Shown: piece after piece, positions 13,966-26,002 of the stretch
Numbering within the stretch: the first letter of the stretch is position 1
Layout of the letters: each line of letters starts with the position of its first letter
Origin: Larinioides sclopetarius
Taxonomy: Eukaryota
NCBI GenBank assembly: GCA_964023285.1
Contig: CAXIEN010000093.1
Coordinates: 2,439,739 to 2,503,738, forward strand
Reading direction: 5' to 3'
Length of the DNA: 64,000 bases
The notes under the pieces: model-generated
What the model was told of the DNA's origin: nothing
Database searches by the model: none
The model's input: only the letters and a program-made list of their open reading frames with translations
Position numbers and translations under genes: made by a program

Positions 13966-16900
13966 AATTTGAGTGGAATAATGCATACTGCATAAAAGAT
14001 CTTGGTTATAATGTATTGAAAAATATAATCACATAATACAATAAATTTTGCTAAACCCACGCTGAGAGAATGACAAATTCTATCGATGCCAAAAACAATT
14101 TACATAACTATGTGTTGCCATACAAAACAAATAAAATATGCAAGAGAAATGTAATCACACAATTATATATAATTCTAATACTTCCCTCTTGATTATATTT
14201 CTGAGTTCTACATCTAGTTTCTCGTGATATAAAGCTTTATTTAATGCACACTTTGTAAACATGTCCCCTATCTTGGACCTAAAAGGGTATATAAGGGAAA
14301 TCAATAACTTTTCCTTGACATCTTCACGAAGGAAAAAAAAATGTCTGAGTACTATATGTTTATTTCCCTCAGACATGAAATAGCTTTTAGTTAAAGAAAT
14401 AGCAAACTAATTGTCAGCATGTATACTTTGTGGAAAGCCTAAAAATTGTTCATTTACCATTTCTTGCAAGAAATTCTGCAACCCATTACCTCCTTTGCAG
14501 TATGGCACATAGAGAAATATTCAGCTTCAACCATTGAAAGAGCAGTTGTCCTCTGTTTCTTGCTGCTCCATGAAACAGCTCCACCTGCAAGCAATACCAC
14601 ATAGCCACTGAATGAACGCCTGTCAATCTTATTGTTTGCCCTGTCCGAATCATAAAATACTTCTAAGTTCTTTCCAGTCTTTGGAAAGTTAATTTCAAGT
14701 TCTTGGTCTTATGTAGATAAACGCAATATGAGCTGCACACCAGTCCAGTGTTCTTTACTGGGACAGCTGTTGAATTGACTCATGTATACTGTACCAAATC
14801 TAAATCAGGTCTTGTTCCTCCTGCCAAATACAAGAATCCTCCTATACCCTGTCTATAATTTAATTCTCCCTCAGCATTCAACATATTATTTTCAGTTGCA
14901 TGCACATATTTCATTCCTGGGTCTAGAGGTGTTGAAACTGCCTTGGCATTTTACATTCCAGTTGTTTCCTGTAGATCTTTACTGTAAGTATTTTGGTCCA
15001 TAGCCAGAGAACCATCCTTATTTTTGGTTACTTCAATTGACAGTAAATAATGTATTTCTCCTAATTCTTTGGCTTCAAAAACAGCTTTTATGTCATCTTT
15101 AAGTTTCTGAATTTTTGAGTATCTACTGGACATGACAAGCAAGTCGTCAACATAAACTCCTACAATTAGTTGTTTCCTTATTAAAGTAGACACATGGATC
15201 TGCTCTTGATCTTATCAAATTAACTGATTTCAGGAAACCATTGAGACATAAATTCCATTCTCTGCCTGACTGATGAAAACCATACAAACTTTTCTTCTCT
15301 AAACAAACTTCATTTGGTTTTCCATGCAGATTTAACCGTGGTTGTTCCATGAAAACAGTTTCATTCAATTTCCCATTTAGGTAGGCTGGTGGACTTGCCA
15401 ATCTTTCTCGACTGAAAATGCCAATAATGTTCTAAAAGAGTTCAGTTTTATCCCTGGACAAAAGGTTTCCTTGTAGTCTATTCCTTCCACTTGAGTATAT
15501 CCACGGGCATCTAGTCTTGCCTTGTACCTTTCCACTTGCCCATCTTTATCAAATTTTCTCTTGAACACCCATTTGCATTTTACTGTTTTTCTTCCTTTTG
15601 GCCTAGGTACTATGTCACAAGTTTCATTGAAGTGTTTTCTTGGGTTCACTTTGATCATCAGATTTGAATTTCTTTAACTGCCAAAAGGACTTACCATTTG
15701 TCACTGTTTATTTCTGGAAAATTTTCTCCAACCATGTCAGAGCCTTCCATGACATAACCTTTTGTCCATTTAGGAGCTGTGATTTGTCTTTTGGATCTAA
15801 TTCCTGTCAGCTCTGTTTCTTCTACCTTATCCTCTTGTGAATCTTCATCTACAGCTTCTGTCTCTTCACTTCTGGGTACATCTTCTTCTATAATTTGTTT
15901 AGAAGGGAATGCTATTACTTTCACTATCATAGAGGGGTTTTCTTCGAATACAACATCTCTAGAGCAAATTACAGTTCTTGTTTCTTTGATATGGATGTGG
16001 TACCTCTCGTCTCCATCATATCCAGCATGATATCCTCTTTTTGCCTTTCTGCCCATTTTTCTTCTTTTTTGAGCTGGGATGTGAGCATAACAAACTGATC
16101 CTATGATGCGCATATGTTTTGTTCTTGGTTTCTTCTTCATCCTCACTTCATAAAGAGCTAACATTAGGTACAGGGGATTTCCCTGTTCTGTTCAGTATGT
16201 AAATTGAAGCATTGATGAACTCTGCACATAAAAATGCTGGAAATTCTCCTTCTTTATTTGAATATTTCAGAGTTCTGGCCATCTCAACAATGGTTCGGTT
16301 CTCTCGTTCAACACTACCATTTTGCTGAGGTGTATAAGGAGCTAATAATCTTTGGGTGATTCCATGTTTTCTTCAAAAAAATTCTTACTACTTCACTATC
16401 GAATTCCCCTCGATTATCACTCATTATTTCTTTAATACCATGCCTATATTTTTGGTATGGGCTACAAAATCTTCAAGTACATCCTGTATTTCTAACTTTT
16501 GTTTCAAGAAAAACCATACCTAAATTTAGGGTAGTTATCTTTGAAGACAGCAAGGTATCTAAATTTTCGAAATGATTTATCAAATTGACCACATATATCT
16601 GTTGAGATCAATTCGCCTGCTTTTGTAGGTTTCTTTCTTATGCCAAATTTTAAACGGTGAGCTTTTCCGTAGACTCAAGCCTCACAAAGTTTTATATCAC
16701 GTTGTGAGGCTTTGTGTCACTTTTTACTTTGATATTTAATTCTCTTTCAATGATTGATTTTATATGTTTATCTTGGTGTCCATATCTTTCATGATAAAGC
16801 TGAAGGAATGAATCATAATCTACAGTCATGTTCACATCATTTTGGGTGTCTGGAACTAAACTTTTCATGACAGACTTGAAGAGACTACTTCCAGCATTTT

Positions 16901-18366
16901 ATATGTCATGTAGAATTATTTCACCGTCAATCTTTAAATAGCAATCTTTGTACGTTTATTCAAACACACTGTTCTGATTTCTATCTTGGGTTGCAAGAAC
17001 AGAAAATAAGTTTTTGCTGACTTCAGGTACTTACCAAACATTCTCTGGAGATTTGATTTGATCCTTTCCATTTACATTTATCATTATTTTGATTTTCCTT
17101 TTCCAATGGTTGGTAATTTTTTTCCCATTGACTACTGTGATGCTATGGCGAATTTCACAGTTTTGAAAATGAATAAAATAGCTATTATTATTGATAACAT
17201 GTTTTGAAGCTCCATTATCAATGAACCAGTCTTCAGTATTTATTTCTGCAGAAAATACTTCATTATCTACAGCTAAAATTGTCATGTTTATACCAGTGTT
17301 ATTACCTTTACTGGTATTTGGGTGGTTGGATTTGAGAGGTCTTCCATCTGCTATCCACACTTCCTACATGATCCAGTGTCTTTTTAGATGGCAATAATTA
17401 CACTTGCTATTTTTCTTGGTGGGAAATGGTTTGTATTTTGTATCTGGAATAGCAGCTAAAGCTTCTTGGACTTTAACTTCTGTGAATTCTAGATCTTTCT
17501 TTAAGTCTCTTTCATGTGTGCATAGGTGTGTTGTTAATTCTTCTAATGTTCTTTTTGCATCACTTAATAGTAACCAACTTGATTTGAAGGGGCGATAATT
17601 CAGGGGAAGAGTTTCTAATATCTTGCAAATTAACAACATTTCTGGAAGTCTTTTCATTTTTATTCTCGAGTCCACTATTCAAATTATTCCATAAATTTTT
17701 CAGTTTTGATAAATGATCTACCATATCACTCTCAGACCAGCTAAACTTAAAGAATTGCAAGCAAATACTATACAATTGGCTGTCTGATGAATCTTCGAAG
17801 AGCTTGCGCAACTCAAGCCATACATCTCTCGCAGAATTAAATCTCATCACCTTTTCCAATGTATCTTCAGTCATGGAGTTGGTTAGAACCATCATAGCAC
17901 TATTATTTGCTTTCTTAAAATCCTTCAAGTCTTTTATATATTTATCTTTGATATTCTCGGCATCTGCTTCATTCAGTTCTTCTAGCATCTCCAACTTTCC
18001 TTCAATGACATGCAAGGCATCTAAGTGTAATAATTCAATACGAATTTTATTCTATACTTCCATATGAGACAGTCTCTTTTGCTCGCTAATGGCTTAACTG
18101 GGATTTTACCCTGTTCCATTGTTAGAAGTTATTAGTCCTGATCTGATAAGAAATTTCACGAGCTATGGTCCAGTTAGGCTTATAAATAGCCTCTAACCTT
18201 TAATTTCCACTTTGCTTATAATCTTGGCACATTTAAAGTGCTGGACCCATAACCTATTAGAGTTAACTTGAGTGGAATAATATATACTGGATAAAAGATC
18301 TTCTTGGTTATAATATATTGAAAAAGATAATCACACAAATCATACAATTATATATAATTCTAATAA
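13966..18366 (-). mobile_element. Degenerate Ty1/copia-like LTR retrotransposon (gag-PR-IN-RT order) carrying frameshifts and stops. It sits inside intron 2 of the NWD1-like gene, antisense to it.
   Basis: Minus-strand ORFs encode gag with a CX2CX4H zinc knuckle (CNYCHLKRH) at 17364-18015 and a protease with the active site IDNGASKH at 17031-17360. An integrase is visible by hand translation (...LISTDICGQ...MSDNRGEF...PYTPQQNGSVERENRTIVE) at about 16200-16700. Copia-type RT (KWVFKRK...YKARLDARGY; YVDDLLV) is at 14951-15658. The element is flanked by direct repeats: 'ttgagtggaataat...aattatatataattctaata' at 13966-14187 (with a ~110-bp insert) and 18267-18366. Confidence 0.8.
14951..15658 (-). 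pseudogene. copia-type reverse transcriptase segment, split over three frames.
   Basis: ORFs 15377-15658, 15147-15401 and 14951-15193 together give RT motifs (LDARGY, LHGKPNE, SLYGFHQSGREW, VYVDDLLV). The frame changes between them show frameshifts. Confidence 0.75.
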
Positions 18367-18821
18367 ATGTTATTTTTCATTTATTTGAAATTGTTAGTAA
18401 TTATTATTTAACTAATGTGTTGTCAGTGTCATTATTTACAAAGCGTTATTTATTTAAAAATGTTAAGTTATCTTGCTCTGGTTTTTAATAGCTAATTGTA
18501 TTGCTTAGTCATAAAAATAAACCTGTAACAAATCTGCCCAATAATTAGTCACTTATTTTTTTCAATGACAATGTTCAAGTTGCTTTGATTTCACTTCTCC
18601 TTTGTAGACTGGTCGAAAATCCAAGGGGGGGGGGCGTTAAAGATAGAAGACTTGATCATTAATATAAGGTTATTTATTAAGCTTAAATGAAACATTAATG
18701 CAATTTTTTAAAGATTTTCTATGCTTCTGTACTTTTTTAAAAGCTATTTGTGCTTTTTTCTTGAAAATGACCCAAACATTTTTCACAGATGATATGCCAG
18801 TGAACTAAAGTAGTCAATTTC

Positions 18822-19370
18822 CTTTTATTACTTTTTTCTATAAGAAGAAAGTATTGGAATCGCGCGAAAATTTTCGACCTCTTTTTTTTTATGGATTTAT
18901 ACGGGTTTTTTGGGGGGGGGGATCCTGAACACGATTTCACTATTTTTAGAAAATGCCTGTCCGTCTGTCTATCTGAGTGCTGTGTGTAACACAAATTTTG
19001 TGGGCGTGCTAGCGCAAAAACTACTGGACAGAATTTTATGAAATTTCATATTTAGTTGTATTTTAACATAAATTGATGCTGATTAGATTTTGGCGTAGAT
19101 CGTTCAACAGGTGGCACTGCAATTCCGTTTTTTCTCGATTTTTTGTATCCACTCTACGTCAAAAACCAAAATGAGAAATTTCATGAAATTTTATATTTAG
19201 TTTTGTCTTGACTAAAATTAATGTTCATAAAATTTTTGTGCAGATCGCTTGACAGGTGGTAATGCTATTTCAATTTTTTCATAAATTTTTCAATATTTGT
19301 TTTTAGTATATCACGGTTTCAATCATATAATTATATAGAAGAAAGTTTTGTGATGGCCACACCATACTAG
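18822..19370 (+). mobile_element. Non-autonomous repeat family 1, copy 2 (two internal subunits), lying between the copia right LTR and exon 3.
   Basis: About 80% identical to 5111-5866 over head, body and tail (…tgatggccacaccatactag|t). Carries a G10 run at 18911-18921 where copy 1 has 'gggagg'. Confidence 0.6.
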
Positions 19371-19457
19371 TTTTAAAATCTCATGTGTCTTGAAAGATTC
19401 TTTGTTTTGTACATCTTTTTTCATTATATGATAGCCTTTCTTTTAACTTTCTTTTAG

Positions 19458-19613
19458 ATTTATTGCTGAACGATCCAGTGGAGGACAGCTTACATATGTT
19501 GAAAACATTGACATAAAATACGATCTTAAGACTAAAGAGATTCCTAAAAAATTTAAAAAACTCAACGTTGTACCAGAACAGGAAAAACTTCCTGTGTTGA
19601 TGAAAGTTCCTAA
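19458..19613 (+). CDS. Coding exon of the NWD1-like gene (KFIAERSSGGQLTYVENIDIKYDLKTKEIPKKFKKLNVVPEQEKLPVLMKVPK).
   Basis: Acceptor cttttag|a and donor ctaa|gtaagt. 156 nt with no stops. Phase links exon 2 to the DUF4062 exon. Confidence 0.5.
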
Positions 19614-21346
19614 GTAAGTTTTCAAATATTTTCTATTGTTCCATTGCATTTTTATTCAAACTTGTAGATTTTATCACTTAGTTTTTAATAGTTGAAATAT
19701 AGCCAAGAAATAAAAATTAACTTCTTTTATATATGGATATCTTGGTATGTGAATAAAAATAATTTGTTTAAGGTTTTATTTATATTAATGAAATAAACAT
19801 GTGCATATGTTAATTTAAACATATTAAGTCAGTGTAATTATGCATCAGAACCCTGAATAAATGACCTCCAGTAATAAAAAAATTTCGGAAAATCCAAACA
19901 TCTTTTTCTTTTAATTTTCTGTTAAACTTTTGTTATAGCTAATGTTTATTCCTATTATTCTAACTTATAAGTAATTTTTGAATTTGTCTTTAAGTACGAA
20001 ACATCACCTTAATTAGTTTTAAAAAATTTAAATATCTTGCTACCCTCAACTTGTTTGTCACTGTACCATGGGATAACTGTGTAATCTTTCTGTTTTTCAT
20101 CACAGAATATCTAGAGTCAATAATCTACTGCATTTAATTTATCAAGAATATTTTTCTGAATTTCCCAGATAATCTGAATTCTCTGGAATCTGGCTAGAGA
20201 GCTACAATCAGGTTGGGCTCCCTGGGTTCTATTAAATTCCTATAAATGAACATCATGAAACTGAACTGTAGATCTTGGTGCAGAAATGTTAGAAATAGAA
20301 TAATATTGTTGCCAATTATGAGCCAACACTTGTCCTATATAATCACTTTTTATGAAATTTAGGATATAAATAAAGAACTGATTATATATATATATATGGC
20401 TGATAACTTGAGTAAAATATAGAATTTATCTTAATAAGTGTTTTATTTTTTTTATATACATCTTTTATTCTTATGTTGTAATCACATCGATACTATTCCC
20501 TTTTTATAAATATTTCTCTTAAAGTATGGAAATTCCTAATAAGTTTTAGCATTGAAGATATTCTTTATTAGTTAATTTGATGTATAGGGATGGCAGTAAG
20601 CTATATAGAGTTTATTGAAACTTGCATTTTTTTTCTCAGTTACCTGGATCTATTTCTAATTTGATTCTGTTAAGGAATCACTAGATACAGAAAAAAGTAA
20701 ATAAAATTTGTAGAGTTTTTTTTAATTAATATGATAAACGAGAGAAATAGCATATTAATAATTATGATAATGTTCATGAAGAGAAGTGTTGCCAAGTTTA
20801 TATTTGGGTGCAAGAAATTTAGAAATTACTTTGGATAAATTAAAAACATTCTTATAAATTATTAGTATTTTATTGTATTGTGAGTCCATTCCAAAAATTG
20901 ATAAAAAAAAAGGTGGCTTATTAAAAAGATTGAAGTGCAGTTATTTCAAAAGATTCAATGTCTCTTGAGATAGAATTTTGATTGTAAAATGTATATGAAG
21001 CAAATTTATTTTCTTGCAAGCGTATTTTAAATAATGGCTTGAGCCTGTAAATTTTCTTCCTTGCTAATTTATGCATGTACATAATTGCAAATATTTTCAG
21101 AATAACTTTGACCTTGGTTATAATTACATAAATGTTGATCCTAGATACACATATTTTGTTATAAATTTATGCAAATGAGAGTGCAGAATTTTAAGAAACT
21201 GCTTAATGGCTAAGGATTATTTTTTAGAATGCTATGCATGAATTCTTGCATAACTAGATATTCCTGATTTTTTTTCAATTTATGACCTAGTATTTTAACT
21301 AATTAAAATGAACCTTCTTTAAAATTGTGCATTTAACTTATTTCAG

Positions 21347-21523
21347 ATGGCATACAGTGCGCATTTTCATCTCATCCACATTCAAAGATATGCATTCTGA
21401 AAGAGATTTGTTGATTCGATTTGTCATTCCTGAGTTGAGAAAAAGAGCTGCATCAGTGTTTGTTAAAATTAATGAGGTGGATCTTCGTTGGGGCATCACT
21501 GAAACTGACTGTGCTTCTAAACG
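21347..21523 (+). CDS. NWD1: NWD1-like exon carrying the N-terminal half of the DUF4062-like domain (WHTVRIFISSTFKDMHSERDLLIRFVIPELRKRAASVFVKINEVDLRWGITETDCASKR).
   Basis: Motifs R-I-F-I-S-S-T-F ... E-R-D and V-D-L-R-W-G match the N-terminal domain of NWD1 proteins. Acceptor tttcag|a and donor aaacg|gtctgt, end phase 2. Confidence 0.75.
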
Positions 21524-22984
21524 GTCTGTTCTTTTTTTAAAATTATGTAACAAAATTAAATATGTGAAATACCTTGCTGTTTATTTTATAAAAAAAATAC
21601 TTATTTCTATATTTAATAATCTATGCCACACATAAAAGTTATTTAATGTCACAATTAGTTTTTATAAAAACTTAAATCTATCTTATTGTTATTATGCAAT
21701 AATGTTAAGTGTTATCTACTAAGTTCTGAAATGAGAAGCTAAACATGATAGTACATATGTAGTCAACTCATAGCCTGCATTAATTTCAAAGCCAGCTTTG
21801 GAATGATGCTGATGTGCACAATAAATGTGTGCAGCTAGCAAGACGAATGGAGCCATTTATTAACCTTTTCACGTTGGCTCAATATTTTGAAAACGACATC
21901 GGCTGGGGGTTCTTTCAAAACGAGTCTTTCTTGAGGGGGTGAGGAAAATTTTACCACAGGGTTAGAGTAGAGGGGTGGCAAAGGTCATTATGTAAAGTGG
22001 GGTGTGATAAAAGGGAGCGCCTTCTGTTAATAGCTGAACCTTCAGGACTCTCTTTAAAAGTACACCAGTTTGGGAAACTAAAGCTTCTTTGACTGAGTTT
22101 CATTCTCAAACTGGTGTTTTAAAATCCATTTTGTAATCTCATTTTATCCAAAAAAAAATGAATAGTAACAACCTTTTCGGAATATTTTAAGGAATTACTA
22201 AGATTTTATCACTGCCTTTTTGAATTTAGTTAGCAAAGAAGGTAGTACTCTCAACAAAATCTGCACTTGTCTAGAATTTCAAAATTTTGTGAAGAAAAAA
22301 AAATAAGTTGTCATTATAATGTTTCTATAAAACCCCCCTGAAAATTTTACCCAATCACAACAAGTACTGTTTTCAAAGAAACGGTTCCAAAGCCCATGAG
22401 TACCGTTGAAAACTATTACGCAAGGTCTCACTAATAAATTCATTTGGCGATTTTTGACATGTGGTGTTTTTGTTTAGAACCTTTGATTTGATTCATTTTA
22501 ATGTGATTTAGTATAGAGAGGTAATGAATAGTGATTTAGCCGAATAACCGAATATTCGATAACAGAATATCTGCTTTTTAGAAACATTACAATTTTGATG
22601 GCTGATAAAATATCTCACAAATCATAACTTTAAAAATTAGGGTAATTAAAATGATTTTTTATTGATTTATAAAACATTAAGATCTTGATGTAATTTTGTA
22701 GTATAATTTTAGAACTTTGAACCTAATAATAAGATGATGTTGCTTTTGCAAATCTAAAGGAATTATAATAGTGAAATTTCATCTACGTATTTATCTATAT
22801 AATATTAAATTATATTTTAAAACTTTTATTTTTTTGAAAATTTTTTAAAACCTAAAAAAAGTAATAAAAACATATTTGTCATCCTTTATGTTTTTCACTT
22901 AACGATGACAAGTTTGTTTTATTTAAGTCAGAACTTTGAGTCTCATTTCCATTAAAATATATTAAATCTTCTTCGTGTGTACTT

Positions 22985-23120
22985 ACCACTGATTTCAATC
23001 ATTATTTCTTTTTCTTTAACTCATCTTCTGCGGGAGATGTCATCCTCGTCATCTGACCATGGTGCAAAATTACGAGGCCCGTCTCTAAAAAGCCCTCGTG
23101 TTGCTTCAAAATGGGACGTT
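22985..23120 (+). repeat. Partial copy of the SINE-like repeat seen at 4466-4700.
   Basis: Sequence similarity to the reverse complement of 4466-4560. Confidence 0.4.
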
Positions 23121-23592
23121 AATATAATATCTTCTGCGGGTACTTTCTTATATATGTGACTTATAAACCACAACCACAGTTTAAGAATTTAAATTTACTT
23201 AACCTGATAATGCTTATTCTTCCATTAAAACTGAATAAATTTAAAGTATTTTTTTAAAAAAAATAATTATATTAAGTTGCAATTCTTCAATATTCTTTTG
23301 ATAAATATATATTTAAAAAATATAATCCTGAATTTATTCGTTGGACTATATATTTAACATTCAGAAAAATTGTTCTAATACCATAATTGCAGGCTTTACA
23401 AAGATAAGTTACATTTCAAGTTATGAAATACTTTCCGTGCTCCGTAACATAAACCCGAGTCAATATATATATATAATGAAAGGTAGGCAATGAAATAAAA
23501 TTCTGATTTTTGTTTGTTATTTAAAAGTATGTTTTATTTTTTAAAAATTATCTGAAATATTTAGTTTAGCATTTGTGCAGCCGAATACTCAC

Positions 23593-23698
23593 ACTCAGAG
23601 TCAGAATCTGCATACGTTTCTTCATCACTTAACTTATCCCATTCTTGAAAAATATTTTCAATTTCTATCTGGGTCAGAAACCTTTTCCTTTTAGGCAT
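23593..23698 (-). CDS. Candidate first coding exon of an antisense gene nested in the 10-kb intron (MPKRKRFLTQIEIENIFQEWDKLSDEETYADSDSE | gtgagt).
   Basis: An ATG lies directly downstream, on the minus strand, of a 250-bp GC-rich CpG-containing island (23760-24010). The basic NLS-like PKRKR is followed by an acidic SDSE tract. A perfect GTGAGT donor follows codon 35. Without that splice the ORF ends at 23561. Confidence 0.25.
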
Positions 23699-24353
23699 TT
23701 TAAAAATAAGTTTATTTTAGAAATCAGATATAAAGAGAAGCGTGGTGCTTAAAAAATAGCTAGACATGAAATGAACAGCAAGGGAGAATGGCAATGAGCC
23801 TCAACAGCTGTGTAAAGCGAAAACACCCCTCGCGACATCGGGTCGTTCGTCAAAGTGCCCCCTGCAGAGTTAATGGCTAGTTATCTTGTCGACTTCCCAT
23901 CGAGACAAGCTGACCACACTTTCCCTCCCTACGCTTCTGAAATTGTCCCATGCCCCTCACAAGAATCTAAACGCAGATGGGACAACATGTGTCCCAGCCC
24001 CTGCGAAAAGGTTAAGCAATCATAATTTTTCTCTCAGTCCATAAATTGTGTGACAAAAAATTTTGCCACAGAGAAGGGATTTAATGTTAGAATCTGAAAA
24101 AATCTAGTTTTAAATATCACGAATTATGAATTTTGTAATAGGGTTGGCCGAAAGACAGTGTTCCGAAATTTATGTTAGCTTACTATGGAGAAATTTCTAC
24201 TTGCTCACTTATTTAGTTTTTTTAAAATTTGTTTCTTAAAACATAGAAATATTGCAATCTGCTGGAAATTTTAACTTCTTAAGGGAGGCATCAAGTGTTA
24301 TTTGGAATGTAAAAAAATCGTATAAGCAGTTCTAGTAAATAGAAATGTGTCAA

Positions 24354-24354
<1 letters not shown>

Positions 24355-24399
<45 letters not shown>

Positions 24400-24400
24400 T
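24355..24400. repeat. Compound microsatellite (AT)n(AG)n.
   Basis: atatatatatatatatatatatatagagagagagagagagagagag. Confidence 0.9.
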
Positions 24401-26002
24401 TGTCCATATAAATTTAAACTGCACTGACAAGTTGTGTGCAGCCACAACATCACAACCTAGCAACACAAATCTTCACAAATGAAATACTCATCTCAATTTG
24501 TATGATGACAAACAATACGTAATTTTTGTTTCACAACTTCAGAGCCAGATATATATAGGGCAAATTATATAAAAATTTCAGTTCTATACTGTTAAGATTC
24601 AGAAAGATGTCAGCATTTGACCAGCATTGTTTTCTTTTACATGGTGTCTGCTAACTCCAGATGTCATTTGTAAGCCTATGTTACTATGTGATTTGTGATG
24701 CTTATAATATATTTGACCTCTTCTTAAAATTTGTACCAATATTTATGATGATCATCAATAATATCTATATAGTTTACATTTATGCTTTCTACATAGCGTT
24801 TATCTAGGATGGAGAGATCTTCCGCCCCTTGCAGCTCTTCCAAAATGGCAGTAAATTCAGACACGCAGGAAAACAATTTTATAACTGAAAGCAGCACTAC
24901 TCACTGTACCATGGTGTATATAAAAAATAAAATAATCGGTATTTTTTGCTTTTTATTGGTACATTTCTGATTTGTGAAAGAAAGATAGAGATCAAGGATG
25001 CCAAACAATAAATAACCTTGCTACTAAAATGTTATTCTATTTAGAATTTATTATTTTCATTTTGAGGTGTTTTTGTCCTATATAACTTAGAAAAGAGGGG
25101 TTGCATATTACAAGTTCACCTAGAGCATTGAAAATTATAACTATGCCACTTTTTCTATACAGTCTACAGTTATGCTTTCTATGTAATCTGTAGTTAGGCT
25201 TCGTAAGATTTTAATCTGGACGTGAATTCAGCTTTTTGTGTAAATTTTATGTGCTTGTGAATGTTGCATCATTTAGGGGTTCTTGGTACCCCTTTTAATG
25301 AACAGAATTTTTTAGCACATTTGTTAGATGATTTTAATGGCATTTAGATCCAAGATCTATTTAGCATAATATTTTTGTGTTTTAAATGTTGCAGTTTGAT
25401 AATCCGTATTATTAACAACCTCTTTCAACATCATAACTTTCATGACAATAATAATTTTTGTGGTATCCGTAGCAGAAGAAATATTTTGTCCGTCTTTTTT
25501 CCTTGAACAGTTTTCCAAAGGCTACAATTGTAGGTCATTGTTAGGATAATGCGAATTTTAAAATTCAAAAGATGAAAAAATTCATGGATGATGTATAAGG
25601 AGATTTAGCAGGCATACCAATGAAATGTACAGTCTTAGTACCCATTTCTGGTGTATTTTTTTCTTAGGAAATCACCAGTAGATTGTGACGTGTTGCTGCT
25701 GGCTTTTTTTTTGGTACCATTCCACTGATTAATGGCATTTTGTGTAAAGAGGTGATGTTTCATATTGAAAGATAATAGTTAAGTAAGTGGTGTTGATCTC
25801 AGCTCTCTCTCTTTGCTTTTATTTTACCAATATATGAGCTACCAGCAGCATCCTTTAGAAAATCTTTAGAATGTTTGAACTATGTTTTGAGCTCTTTTTC
25901 TTCTCTATCACAATAATATTTTGATTTTTTTTTGTCCATTTAAATAAGCTTAAACTTCATCTATTGTTTCAGCATTTTTTTTATCCTTTTTGTTCAGCTA
26001 AA

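Noticed and set aside
15779-16098. Plus-strand Ser-rich ORFs (15779-16030, 15895-16098)
   Set aside because: They are antisense to the copia integrase/RT region, an artefact of its codon composition.
21338-21553. Minus-strand 71-aa ORF
   Set aside because: It is antisense to the well-supported DUF4062 exon (21347-21523).
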